Source: a virus. From it: a stretch of DNA of 64,000 bases. This document shows, in pieces, positions 55,437-64,000 of the stretch. The position numbers were made by a program, and so were the translations under genes. The notes under the pieces were generated by a model, which was not told the origin of the DNA, searched no databases, and worked only from the letters and a program-made list of their open reading frames with translations. The stretch's first letter is position 1. Each line of letters begins with the position of its first letter. Location of the stretch: the IMG/VR virus record IMGVR_UViG_3300021963_007890, positions 54,418 through 118,417 of that record; one strand, written 5' to 3'.

Positions 55437-56756
55437 ATGAAAGAAATTTTAGATCTAGTTAAAAATTTTATAGAAAACAAACAGGCAAATAAATCTTGGA
55501 CTCCAGGAAAAGATTTTGTTAACTATGCAGGTCCTTACTATTCAAGTGCCGAATATGTGGCAGGAGTAGAAAGTCTACTTGGTGGTTGGCTTGTCATGGG
55601 CGATAAAAGTCTCAAATTTGAAAGAAAGTTTCACGACTACTTTGGAAAGCCCCATGGCGTGTTAACGAACTCGGGTAGTAGTGCTAACCTATTAATGGCA
55701 GCTAGTTTGACCAGTAAAAGAGGTCATGCTTTCCCCAAGGGTACTAAAGTATTAACACCTATCGCAGGTTTTCCTGTAACACTAAACCCCACTATTCAAA
55801 TGGGCTTCCAGCCTATCTTTGTAGATATTGAATTAGATACTCTAAACTTAGATTTGGATCAATGTGAAAAAAGACTTAAAGAACATCCAGATATTAAAGT
55901 GATTACTTTTGCTCATGTATTAGGCAATCCCCCTAATATGGATCAGCTGATGGATCTAGTCCAAAAATATAATCTAGTGCTACTCGAAGATTGTTGTGAT
56001 GCTCTAGGTTCAACCTACGATGGAAGATTACTAGGCAGCTATGGTGAAATGGCGTCTTGTAGTTTTTATCCCGCACATCATATGACCATGGGAGAAGGTG
56101 GTTATGTTGCCTGTAATACATATGATCAAGAAGTCATTTTAAGATCATTTAGAGAATGGGGACGTGGATGTTACTGTGTAGGACCAGAGGCTAATAAATT
56201 ACAGTGTGGAACCTGCGGTAAGAGATTTAGTGATTGGGTTCCATGTATGCCCGGTGAAATTTTTGATCATAAATATGTATATGATGAAATTGGATTTAAC
56301 CTCAAACCTATAGAAATTCAAGCAGCGATGGGACTACATCAACTTGATAAGTTAGATGAAATACACGAATTAAGAAAGCGTAATTATAGGTTGATGTTTA
56401 ATATATACGAAAAGTATGAGGAGTTTTTCCATCTTCCTAGACCGCGTGCCAAGAGCAGTCCTAGTTGGTTTGCTTTTCCTTTGACAATTAGAAAAGGATC
56501 TCCTTTTACAAGACATGATATAGTAGATCATTTAGAAACTAATCTTATCCAAACTCGTCCGTATTTTGCTGGAAATCTAATGCTACAACCTGCTTATAGC
56601 CACCTAATGGATCCAATGGTAGCTAAAAACGATTTTCCAACTGCTACTTATGTTATGAGTAATACATTTTTCCATGGAACAAGTCCAGTTATTACACCTG
56701 AACAAATCGATTATATTGGAGAAACTGTGGATGGATTTATGAGTTTATTTGTATAA
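55437..56756 (+). CDS. rfbH: NDP-4-keto-6-deoxyglucose 3-dehydratase (RfbH/DdhC, E1)
   Basis: NSGSSANL, EDCCDALG, SFYPAHHMTMGEGG (His in place of the PLP Lys) and GRGCYC...CGTC. Confidence 0.88.
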   Translation: MKEILDLVKNFIENKQANKSWTPGKDFVNYAGPYYSSAEYVAGVESLLGGWLVMGDKSLKFERKFHDYFGKPHGVLTNSGSSANLLMAASLTSKRGHAFPKGTKVLTPIAGFPVTLNPTIQMGFQPIFVDIELDTLNLDLDQCEKRLKEHPDIKVITFAHVLGNPPNMDQLMDLVQKYNLVLLEDCCDALGSTYDGRLLGSYGEMASCSFYPAHHMTMGEGGYVACNTYDQEVILRSFREWGRGCYCVGPEANKLQCGTCGKRFSDWVPCMPGEIFDHKYVYDEIGFNLKPIEIQAAMGLHQLDKLDEIHELRKRNYRLMFNIYEKYEEFFHLPRPRAKSSPSWFAFPLTIRKGSPFTRHDIVDHLETNLIQTRPYFAGNLMLQPAYSHLMDPMVAKNDFPTATYVMSNTFFHGTSPVITPEQIDYIGETVDGFMSLFV

Positions 56757-56764
56757 GGAAATTT

Positions 56765-58531
56765 ATGAAAGGTTCTCTCTACGTCGCAAAATTTTTAGAA
56801 GCTATAGGTATTCAGCAGGTATACATTGTCCAAGGAGGAGCTTGTGCCTTCATGTTAGACTCTTTAGCAACTTCTACAAAAGTTGGATATGTTTGTTTTC
56901 AACATGAACAAGCAGCAGCTATGGCAGCAGATGCTGTTTGGAGATTGAATAGCAATCTAGGTGTAACATTTTGTACAAGCGGTCCGGGTGCTAGTAATTT
57001 AATCACAGGAATAGCTTGTTCTTATTATGATAGTATACCTAGTCTACACATCACAGGACAGGTCAATGGTAAAGAAGTAGCTCAATATAGAGGAGCTAAA
57101 GTTAGGCAGGCAGGATTCCAACAAATGGATATAGTAAGTATGGTTAAACCTGTAACCAAGTATGCTGTCGCAGTTCATGATGCAGAAGGTCTTAAAAGAG
57201 AATTGAAACGAGCCGTAGAAGAAGCCTATAGCGGTAGAATGGGTCCAGTGCTTGTAGATATTCCTATGGATGTTCAAACTGAAGATGTAGGTGATGAACT
57301 TCTACTGCCCGATATTAATTTGGCAAAAAGGTATTATAATAATATAAACTCTGCTAACTCAGTGGCGGACAAAATAAGTGAGTTTTTCCAAAACAGTCAA
57401 CGACCACTTGTTGTGTTCGGTGCTGGCCCAGGTTTAGCCGATACCCACAAAGAACTTGAAAGTTGGTTAAAATCTACAGGAATACCTTTTGTTGCTAGTT
57501 GGAGCGGTATGACATTCTTCAATCACGATATTCCTAATTATGTAGGTCATTTCGGAGTTTACGGCAATAGAGGTGGTAACTTTGCTATTCAAAACGCAGA
57601 CAAAATTTTAGTGCTAGGTAGTAGACTAGATAACAGACAAAGAAGCGGAAATCCAAAAACTTTTGCTCCATATTCAAAATTACTTGTCTTAGACATAGAC
57701 AAGGAAGAATTATTCAAATATGATCCCGAACAATACAATACTGTAGAATTTGATTTTAGGAATTTGCCAGCAGTGTTAAGTAGTATTAAGTTGAACACAA
57801 TAAGCCAAGATTGGCTATCTCATATTTCCGATCTTAAAAAGAAATATTTTAATAAAGATACTAGCAGTTATTCTAAGAATAATAATACTCTCAGTCCATA
57901 TCTTGTTGTACAAAAATTCAGTGAAATTATGGATAAGGATGCTGTGGTTATTACAGATGCAGGTGCTAATCATTGTTGGATATATCAAATGTTTTATAGA
58001 AATAGAGAACAGTATTTAATGACCAGTTCTGGACATTATTCTATGGGCTATTCTTTACCAGCGGCTATAGGTTCCAAACTTACTATGCCTGCTAGGCAAG
58101 TTCTTAGTTTCAACGGTGATGGTGGAATTCAAATGAATATTCAAGAACTGCAGACTTTGAAAGAATATGATTTAGATGTCAAGGTAATTGTGTTCAACAA
58201 TCATGCTTTGGGTATGATCAAACAATTTCAGGACTCATATATGGAGTCAAGGTATGAAGCCACTTCACAAGGAAAAGGCCCAGGTAATCCTAATTTTAAA
58301 ATGATTGCCTTGGCTTATGACATGGAATATGCTCTTGTGAATAATTTAGATCAAATAACAATTGATCTTCTTAAACCTGGCAGTAGACTAATAGAAATTA
58401 TTATAGATAAAGGCACACTAATTGAACCTAAATTAGAAATGGGTCGGCCTATCAACGATCAATTTCCTTACTTGTCCGATAAAGAATTCAAAGATAGTAA
58501 TAGATATAACGAATTTACAAGGTATAAATGA
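56765..58531 (+). CDS. ThDP-dependent enzyme (acetolactate synthase family, YerE-like)
   Basis: QHEQAAAMAAD, TSGPGASN, GRMGPV and GDGG...NN; embedded in the sugar cluster next to rfbH. Confidence 0.85.
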   Translation: MKGSLYVAKFLEAIGIQQVYIVQGGACAFMLDSLATSTKVGYVCFQHEQAAAMAADAVWRLNSNLGVTFCTSGPGASNLITGIACSYYDSIPSLHITGQVNGKEVAQYRGAKVRQAGFQQMDIVSMVKPVTKYAVAVHDAEGLKRELKRAVEEAYSGRMGPVLVDIPMDVQTEDVGDELLLPDINLAKRYYNNINSANSVADKISEFFQNSQRPLVVFGAGPGLADTHKELESWLKSTGIPFVASWSGMTFFNHDIPNYVGHFGVYGNRGGNFAIQNADKILVLGSRLDNRQRSGNPKTFAPYSKLLVLDIDKEELFKYDPEQYNTVEFDFRNLPAVLSSIKLNTISQDWLSHISDLKKKYFNKDTSSYSKNNNTLSPYLVVQKFSEIMDKDAVVITDAGANHCWIYQMFYRNREQYLMTSSGHYSMGYSLPAAIGSKLTMPARQVLSFNGDGGIQMNIQELQTLKEYDLDVKVIVFNNHALGMIKQFQDSYMESRYEATSQGKGPGNPNFKMIALAYDMEYALVNNLDQITIDLLKPGSRLIEIIIDKGTLIEPKLEMGRPINDQFPYLSDKEFKDSNRYNEFTRYK

Positions 58532-59343
58532 AAATACTAATCACAGGAGCTGACGGGTTTATAGGTTCCTATCTTAAAAATCGTTTGAAGAATTCTAATC
58601 ATTTAACTTCTCCTAGTAGATCTAACTGTGATTTCGCAAATAAAAATGATGTTGATCATATATTTCGAGATCGGTATTATGATGCAGTAATACATTGTGC
58701 AGTTGAAGGACGATATACACCTATGGCCATAAGCGATAATATTTTGAATACTAATTTGGCTATGTTTAAAAATTTAAGCAGATATAAAGATCGTTTTGGA
58801 AAATTTATCAACATAGGTACAGGTGCTGAATTCGGATTGACGAATAATATTTCCAATGCCAGAGAAGCTGAAATTTTGAATGTCGATCCTAAAGAAAGTT
58901 ATGGTTTAAGTAAAAATTGGATAGCCAGAGAAATATTAGAACTAAACAATTTTTATACATTAAGATTATTTGGTATTTTTGATAGTTCAGAACCAGAAGC
59001 AAGACTATTAAGTGGACTAGACAAAAAAATAAAAAATAAAGAAGTATTTGAATTAAGTAATGACAGGTACTGCGATTATATCAGTGCTGATGATTTCTAT
59101 ATGGTTATCACTACAGTATTAAATGATGAAATAAATTTCAAAGACTTTAATTGTGTTTATAACAGTAAATTTAAATTAAGTGACATTTGTAACCTATATT
59201 GTGATATTAAAAATTATGATAAATCCTTAATTGCTATAAAAAGTCAAACAAATAATCATTATACTGGGAACAGTTTTAGGTTAAACAGTTTAAATTTGCC
59301 ATTAAAAGGCCTAGAAGAATCATTGAAACTTTATAATAGATAG
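58528..59343 (+). CDS. NAD-dependent epimerase/reductase (SDR)
   Basis: ITGADGFIG and YGLSK. Confidence 0.85.
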   Translation: MKILITGADGFIGSYLKNRLKNSNHLTSPSRSNCDFANKNDVDHIFRDRYYDAVIHCAVEGRYTPMAISDNILNTNLAMFKNLSRYKDRFGKFINIGTGAEFGLTNNISNAREAEILNVDPKESYGLSKNWIAREILELNNFYTLRLFGIFDSSEPEARLLSGLDKKIKNKEVFELSNDRYCDYISADDFYMVITTVLNDEINFKDFNCVYNSKFKLSDICNLYCDIKNYDKSLIAIKSQTNNHYTGNSFRLNSLNLPLKGLEESLKLYNR

Positions 59344-59349
59344 GAAAAT

Positions 59350-60009
59350 ATGATTGCCATTATTTCATCTCATACTAAAGAATATGAGCCTTTAGCAAAG
59401 TATACTTGGACTAATAAGGTAGAATATGCAGAAAAACACAATTACCTCTATCATTGTAAAACAGAAGGTCACGATCCAAATCTAAGATGGCATCACGATA
59501 AACTATATTTTATAAGAGACTGTTTAGAAATTAATCCTGATGTATCGTGGTTTTTATGGGTGGGCTGCGACACATTAATTACAAATTATAATATAAAATT
59601 AGAATCATTGGTAGATGATAATTTTAATATTATCATAGCTACAGACGGAAATGGTATTAATAACGACATTTGTATTTTCAAAAATAGTTCTGATACCCGT
59701 GAGTATTTAGATCATCTTATAGAAATTTTTCCACAATATGCCCATCATCCTTTTTTGGAACAGCAGGCAATGATTGAAAGTTATGAGTATCCTAAATGGC
59801 AAAAACTATATAAGATTGTTCCTCAATACTTGCTTAATTCACACGATTGCTGGCCCAACGAACACCAACCAGATCCTAAATGGACTGACAAGTTCGGTAA
59901 TCGCTCGTGGTGGGAACCTGGAGATTTCATAGTTCATTGGCCGGGCAGTAGTTTACAAACAAGACTGGAAAGAATGATTCCCCACTATATACCTAAGGTA
60001 ATTAAATGA
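59350..60009 (+). CDS. GT34-like glycosyltransferase (paralog of 54767)
   Basis: WVGCDTLITN, EQQAM and GDFIVHWPG. Confidence 0.75.
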   Translation: MIAIISSHTKEYEPLAKYTWTNKVEYAEKHNYLYHCKTEGHDPNLRWHHDKLYFIRDCLEINPDVSWFLWVGCDTLITNYNIKLESLVDDNFNIIIATDGNGINNDICIFKNSSDTREYLDHLIEIFPQYAHHPFLEQQAMIESYEYPKWQKLYKIVPQYLLNSHDCWPNEHQPDPKWTDKFGNRSWWEPGDFIVHWPGSSLQTRLERMIPHYIPKVIK

Positions 60010-60869
60010 GAAAAATATACGATTGCTTTCCTTTTTTTAATGAATACGATCTATTAGAGTTAAGGTTAGAAGAAGCCTATGACCATGTTGATTATTTTGT
60101 CATATCAGAATCTGATAGATCATTTCAAAACAAACCCAAACCATGGAACCTAGAAAATAACTGGTCCAGGTATGAAAAATATCACGATAAGATCATATAC
60201 TTAAAAATCACTGATATGCCTCATGGTGAAGGTAATCAGGCCAATTGGATTAGAGAAAATTTTCAAAGGGATGTATTAGCAAGAGGTATTGGGGATGCTG
60301 GTCCTAATGATGTAATTGTCATAAGTGATTGTGATGAAATGCTTAGACCTTCCACTTATGATCTTTTAAGATCAGATACAGAGCATTATTTTTGGATGTG
60401 TAGACAGCCAATCTTTTGGACTAGATTTAATTATTGGCAGGCTAATCCTCGTGGCTATAATATCAGCAGTATGGCCATACTGAAAAGTCATCTCATCAAT
60501 CCGCAAGAAATTAGAAATAGAATGAATTGGGCATACACACTACCAGAAAACTTCGATCAAAATGGTATGAGATTTATTCATCATGCCGGATGGCATTTTA
60601 CTTATTTAGGCAATGATGATAATGCTAAAAACAAACTGCTCAATTTTGCTCATGATGAATGTACTCACTTGGCCAGTAGATTAAATATCGATGAAGCGAT
60701 ATCTGCTAACAAGAACCCAATTGATCAGAACGATCCTACTCAATTTTTACCTGTGAAATTGGATGATTATTTCCCTAAGACTGTAGTCAATAATATTGAC
60801 AAATATAAAAATTATATTATACAAGATGTAGATACTGATATACGAGGTCATTTACCAACATATGATTAA
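60006..60869 (+). CDS. GT17-like glycosyltransferase
   Basis: IYDCFPFFNEYDLLELRL, RENFQR, SDCDE and AGWHFTY. Confidence 0.85.
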   Translation: MRKIYDCFPFFNEYDLLELRLEEAYDHVDYFVISESDRSFQNKPKPWNLENNWSRYEKYHDKIIYLKITDMPHGEGNQANWIRENFQRDVLARGIGDAGPNDVIVISDCDEMLRPSTYDLLRSDTEHYFWMCRQPIFWTRFNYWQANPRGYNISSMAILKSHLINPQEIRNRMNWAYTLPENFDQNGMRFIHHAGWHFTYLGNDDNAKNKLLNFAHDECTHLASRLNIDEAISANKNPIDQNDPTQFLPVKLDDYFPKTVVNNIDKYKNYIIQDVDTDIRGHLPTYD

Positions 60870-61668
60870 AAATGTTCTAATCACAGGATCGCATGGGTTC
60901 GTAGGTAATAAGATATCTGCTGAGTTAGATAAAAAATTTAATCTAATTAGGCCTACTAAGTATGAGCTAGATCTTTTAGATTTTAAACAAACTGAAGAAT
61001 ACTTTCTGGCCAACAGCATAGATGCGGTGGTTCATTGTGCTTTGACAGGTAGAGAAGTCTTGTTTAGTGTAGATCCAACCTTTCTTTCAGATGGTTTGAT
61101 TATGTTTAGAAACCTATATCATAATAGGGATCGGTATAAATTATTTGTAAATCTAGGGACTGCTTATGAATTAGATTTGACAAAGAGTCATAATCTAGTC
61201 AACGAGGATGAATTTTTAAATCACTTGCCATTGCCTAGTTATGGACTTGCCAAAAACTTAATAGCTAGAACTTGTCGAGAAACAAATAACTTTTATAATC
61301 TTCGTTTATTTGGAGTGTTTCATGAAGATGAAAAAGATTTAAGATTTTTCAAGAGAGTTAAATTAGCAGATCAAGTAGTTATCGAAAACGATCAATATCT
61401 AGATTATATCTATCTTTTAGATATAGTTCCTATGATAGAAAAGATACTTAATTTACAATCTAACCATAAAGACATAAACATGGTATACGAGCAAAAGTAT
61501 AAATTAAGTGAAATGGCATTTATGCTTTGTGATGTACTAGGCGTTGACAAAAATAAAATATCTATTAAAAACCATAATGGTAGAAACCTTACAGGTGATT
61601 GGACTAAATTAAAGAGTTACAATTTAAGCCTTATAGGTTTAGCAAATGGATTTAGGAATTACTTATGA
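60862..61668 (+). CDS. NAD-dependent epimerase/reductase (paralog of 58528)
   Basis: ITGSHGFVG and YGLAK. Confidence 0.85.
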   Translation: MIKNVLITGSHGFVGNKISAELDKKFNLIRPTKYELDLLDFKQTEEYFLANSIDAVVHCALTGREVLFSVDPTFLSDGLIMFRNLYHNRDRYKLFVNLGTAYELDLTKSHNLVNEDEFLNHLPLPSYGLAKNLIARTCRETNNFYNLRLFGVFHEDEKDLRFFKRVKLADQVVIENDQYLDYIYLLDIVPMIEKILNLQSNHKDINMVYEQKYKLSEMAFMLCDVLGVDKNKISIKNHNGRNLTGDWTKLKSYNLSLIGLANGFRNYL

Positions 61669-62603
61669 AAATTGTTTATGTTACTGGCTGCTTGGGATTC
61701 ATTGGATTTCATCTTACTAAAAAATGTCTAGACAGAGGTTGGTATGTGGTAGGTGTTGATAAAGAAACATACGCAGCTAATCTAAATTTTTTGCCTATTT
61801 TAAAAGAGTACAGTAACTTCAAATATATAAAAGAAGATATTAGAAATTTAACTTATCTTTTAGATTGTGATTATGTTATTAATACAGCAGCAGAAAGTCA
61901 TGTCGATAACAGTATTGTTGGCAGCGAAGTTTTCTTAGATACTAACATATACGGAGCTCATAATTTATTAAATTTATTACAAAAGAACAAATTTAAAGTT
62001 CCAACATTTTTACATTTTAGTACCGACGAAGTATACGGTGACATCGTAACAGGATCCCATACTGAAGTTGATTTGCTGAAACCCAGTAACCCTTATAGTG
62101 CTACCAAGGCCAGTGCAGACATGTTGATCAGTGCTTGGGCTAGAACTCATGATATTCCTTGGGTAATTGTACGCCCTACAAACAATTACGGAATTGGTCA
62201 ATATGTAGAAAAGCTGATTCCTAAAAGTGTAAAATATTTGAATATCAATCGTCCTATACCTTTACATCAAAACGGAACTCCTCGCCGTACTTGGCTCCAT
62301 GTTAGTGACACAGTAGAAGCAGTTATAACTATCATTGATAAAGAAGTCACAGGAGAAATCTTTAATATTAGTGGAAACTATGAAGAAAGTAATTTGGAAA
62401 TTGTAAAGCAAATTATCAAACTTACTCGTCATACTGATCATTATGAAGAGTTTATTGATTTCAAATTCAGTCGACCTGGGCAAGATGTTAGATATAGCAT
62501 TGACGATACTAAACTACGAGCGTTAGGTTGGAGTGCCAAAGCGGACTTTAACATTGAGCTAGCTAAAATAGTTCAGTACTATAAACAGAATTTTGTGTGG
62601 TAA
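61665..62603 (+). CDS. rmlB: dTDP-glucose 4,6-dehydratase
   Basis: TGCLGFIG, AAESHVD, STDEVYG, PYSATKA, NNYG and RPGQDVRY. Confidence 0.92.
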   Translation: MKIVYVTGCLGFIGFHLTKKCLDRGWYVVGVDKETYAANLNFLPILKEYSNFKYIKEDIRNLTYLLDCDYVINTAAESHVDNSIVGSEVFLDTNIYGAHNLLNLLQKNKFKVPTFLHFSTDEVYGDIVTGSHTEVDLLKPSNPYSATKASADMLISAWARTHDIPWVIVRPTNNYGIGQYVEKLIPKSVKYLNINRPIPLHQNGTPRRTWLHVSDTVEAVITIIDKEVTGEIFNISGNYEESNLEIVKQIIKLTRHTDHYEEFIDFKFSRPGQDVRYSIDDTKLRALGWSAKADFNIELAKIVQYYKQNFVW

Positions 62604-62613
62604 AAACAACAGG

Positions 62614-62819
62614 TTGACAACTGAGATAAATAAATACATAATAGATATATTGTTAGTTCAGTGCTTTACGATGTTGTGGTATAAAAACAACGGTAAAATA
62701 AGTAGTTGACAATTAAAGAAATAGGCATTACAATAGATTCATGCGTTAGAGATTGTGTTGTTTTAGAGCAAGTAGCAAAAAAACAACAGGTTGACAACGT
62801 GCTAATAAGGTAGTATAAT
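62614..62819 (+). promoter_or_regulatory. Three tandem sigma70 promoters upstream of the tRNA operon
   Basis: TTGACA-17-CATAAT (62614), TTGACA-17-TACAAT (62706) and TTGACA-17-TATAAT (62791). Confidence 0.85.
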
Positions 62820-62857
62820 TTGTCGTGTAGTAATTAAAAAGGAAACGAGATTCAAAA

Positions 62858-63004
62858 ATGAAACCCAGTGTAAGATCAACAAAGCATTATAATAGCAAGC
62901 CCCAGAATTATGGCTTTACAGCCTGTTCTTGGTCTGCGATTAGAATGTCAAGTTATGATCGCACACCAGAGGGTAGTCGGGGTCCAAAGGAGACCGGTGT
63001 ATAG
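62858..63004 (+). CDS. Putative attenuator leader peptide (48 aa)
   Basis: Manually translated: MKPSVRSTKHYNSKPQNYGFTACSWSAIRMSSYDRTPEGSRGPKETGV*; AAGGA/GAG upstream. Confidence 0.6.
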   Translation: MKPSVRSTKHYNSKPQNYGFTACSWSAIRMSSYDRTPEGSRGPKETGV

Positions 63005-63035
63005 AAGTAGATAACACCAAACTCTAAAGGACCCC
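62979..63035 (+). promoter_or_regulatory. Putative antiterminator hairpin
   Basis: Nested pairings ggggtcc(62979)/ggacccc(63029), ggag/ctct and ggtgt/acacc. Confidence 0.65.
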
Positions 63036-63063
63036 AGGATTGACAACCCTGGGGTTTTTTGTT
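63031..63063 (+). terminator. Intrinsic terminator (attenuator)
   Basis: accccagg-attgacaac-cctggggt-tttttgtt. Confidence 0.88.
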
Positions 63064-63316
63064 ATAGTAGTACATGTTATAGGGAACGCGACCCTGCGGT
63101 GCATGTAAAACATGCCGCAAATGAGGGCGGAGACAGGGATGATAAGTCTGGGGCGATAACTCAGATGTGTAAAAACTGTCAGTAATAAAGCAGATTGCCG
63201 AACAGACAAATGGTGTAGTATGCCGATGAGTAGTCTGCTTTATTACACACACTCGTCCATCTGTACATAGTACACTGGGGCAGAAAGATAAACTGCTAGA
63301 GTGTGTTAACAATTAT

Positions 63317-63404
63317 GGGGGCTGTTCTCTGCGGGTGACTGTAAATCACTTGCCATAATATGCAGAGTGGCGGCAGTTAGGTTCGATTCCTTCAGTCCCC
63401 ACCA
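63317..63404 (+). tRNA. Atypical tRNA-Tyr(GTA)-like RNA
   Basis: Acceptor helix plus ACCA, anticodon arm gtga-ctGTAaa-tcac and TTCGATT loop, but no canonical D arm. Confidence 0.55.
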
Positions 63405-63409
63405 AATAA

Positions 63410-63486
63410 GCCGGTTTAGCTCAGTTGGCCAGAGCAGTGCTCTTGTAAAGCAAAGGTCGTCAGTTCGAATCCGACAACCGGCACCA
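63410..63486 (+). tRNA. tRNA-Thr(TGT)
   Basis: Cloverleaf, loop ctTGTaa, encoded CCA. Confidence 0.92.
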
Positions 63487-63492
63487 AACAAT

Positions 63493-63566
63493 TCCGGGGT
63501 AGTATAATGGCAGTGCGGCGGTCTCCAAAACCGTTAGTGGGGGTTCGATTCCCTCCCTCGGAGCCA
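63493..63566 (+). tRNA. tRNA-Trp(CCA)
   Basis: Loop ctCCAaa, G73, CCA end. Confidence 0.92.
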
Positions 63567-63572
63567 AACATT

Positions 63573-63647
63573 GGGCTGGTAGTGATAATGGTAGCACAGG
63601 GGCTTTGCAAGCCTTTAGTCGGAGTTCGATCCTCCGCCGGTCCACCA
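63573..63647 (+). tRNA. tRNA-Ala(TGC)
   Basis: Loop ttTGCaa, G3:U70 pair, CCA end. Confidence 0.92.
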
Positions 63648-63652
63648 AATAT

Positions 63653-63727
63653 GGTCTCTTCGTCTATCGGTGAGGATAGCGGCTTGTCACGCCGCAGAGA
63701 CGGGTTCGACTCCCGTAGGGACCGCCA
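63653..63727 (+). tRNA. tRNA-Asp(GTC)
   Basis: gcggc-ttGTCac-gccgc, G73, CCA end. Confidence 0.92.
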
Positions 63728-63733
63728 AACTGT

Positions 63734-63807
63734 TGGGGTATGGTGTAATGGCAACACAGTAGATTTTGATTCCACTGCTCTTGGTTCGATTCCAGGTACC
63801 CCTGCCA
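63734..63807 (+). tRNA. tRNA-Gln(TTG)
   Basis: Loop ttTTGat, unpaired 1:72, G73, CCA end. Confidence 0.88.
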
Positions 63808-64000
63808 TATTGAAGCACATTTTGATGCCTATAAGGCAACAGAGTTGATCGCCTGTTGTACGGTGTGTGATGGGTGTGTTTCAATATGGTGAGTAGGAAG
63901 TAACCGTGAGCCGACTTGGTGAGGTTGCAGACTAAAGATCAACTTCGACCGCGTAGATAGTCCGGACTATCGTTTGAAACGGAAGATGCATCCATCCCCT

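Noticed and set aside
1513-62483. Numerous 60-190 aa antisense or alternate-frame ORFs inside long genes (e.g. 7935..8321, 30404..30799, 34348..34704, 51793..52377)
   Set aside because: They are fully nested in well-supported genes, lack an RBS, and have compositions that mirror the sense-strand codon bias.
62953-63884. ORF-track ORFs across the tRNA region
   Set aside because: They overlap tRNAs and structured RNA on either strand and are shadows of GC-richer non-coding sequence.
1-64000. CRISPR array or long tandem repeat array
   Set aside because: No regularly spaced repeat-spacer units were seen by eye. The Cas4-like nuclease at 8283 is a solo phage exonuclease.
1-64000. Stop-codon reassignment (alternative genetic code)
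   Set aside because: Conserved genes are full length in code 11, TAA, TAG and TGA all end genes at coupled junctions, and no suppressor tRNA is seen.

Overview
This 64-kb window is an AT-rich, densely coded segment of a large T4-like/jumbo tailed phage, read in the standard genetic code. The host is probably a Proteobacterium; PstS, cytochrome c and the desaturase look Burkholderiales-like, which is inference. In order it holds: (i) head-associated and structural genes, including a GH19 lysozyme polyprotein; (ii) a leftward operon of very small proteins; (iii) class Ia nrdAB plus glutaredoxin; (iv) ribosomal protein bS21, nucleases, dnaK-hsp20-clpS, heme oxygenase and a bilin reductase; (v) a curli-like csgF-csgG-curlin-fecR-curlin operon; (vi) cytochrome c and a PHP-less DnaE; (vii) a Pho-box-marked phosphate island (phoX, pstS, plcP-like, agt-like); (viii) two class III nucleotide cyclases flanking a GIY-YIG endonuclease; (ix) a branched dideoxy-sugar/glycosyltransferase cluster; (x) the start of a tRNA array. 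The strongest novel candidate lies upstream of the tRNA array. Three tandem sigma70 promoters feed an unannotated 48-codon leader ORF containing 19 of the 20 amino acids. Its 3' end forms an antiterminator that is mutually exclusive with an intrinsic terminator, suggesting a ribosome-sensing attenuator that gates phage tRNA synthesis. All family assignments come from motif recognition by eye; no database searches were run.
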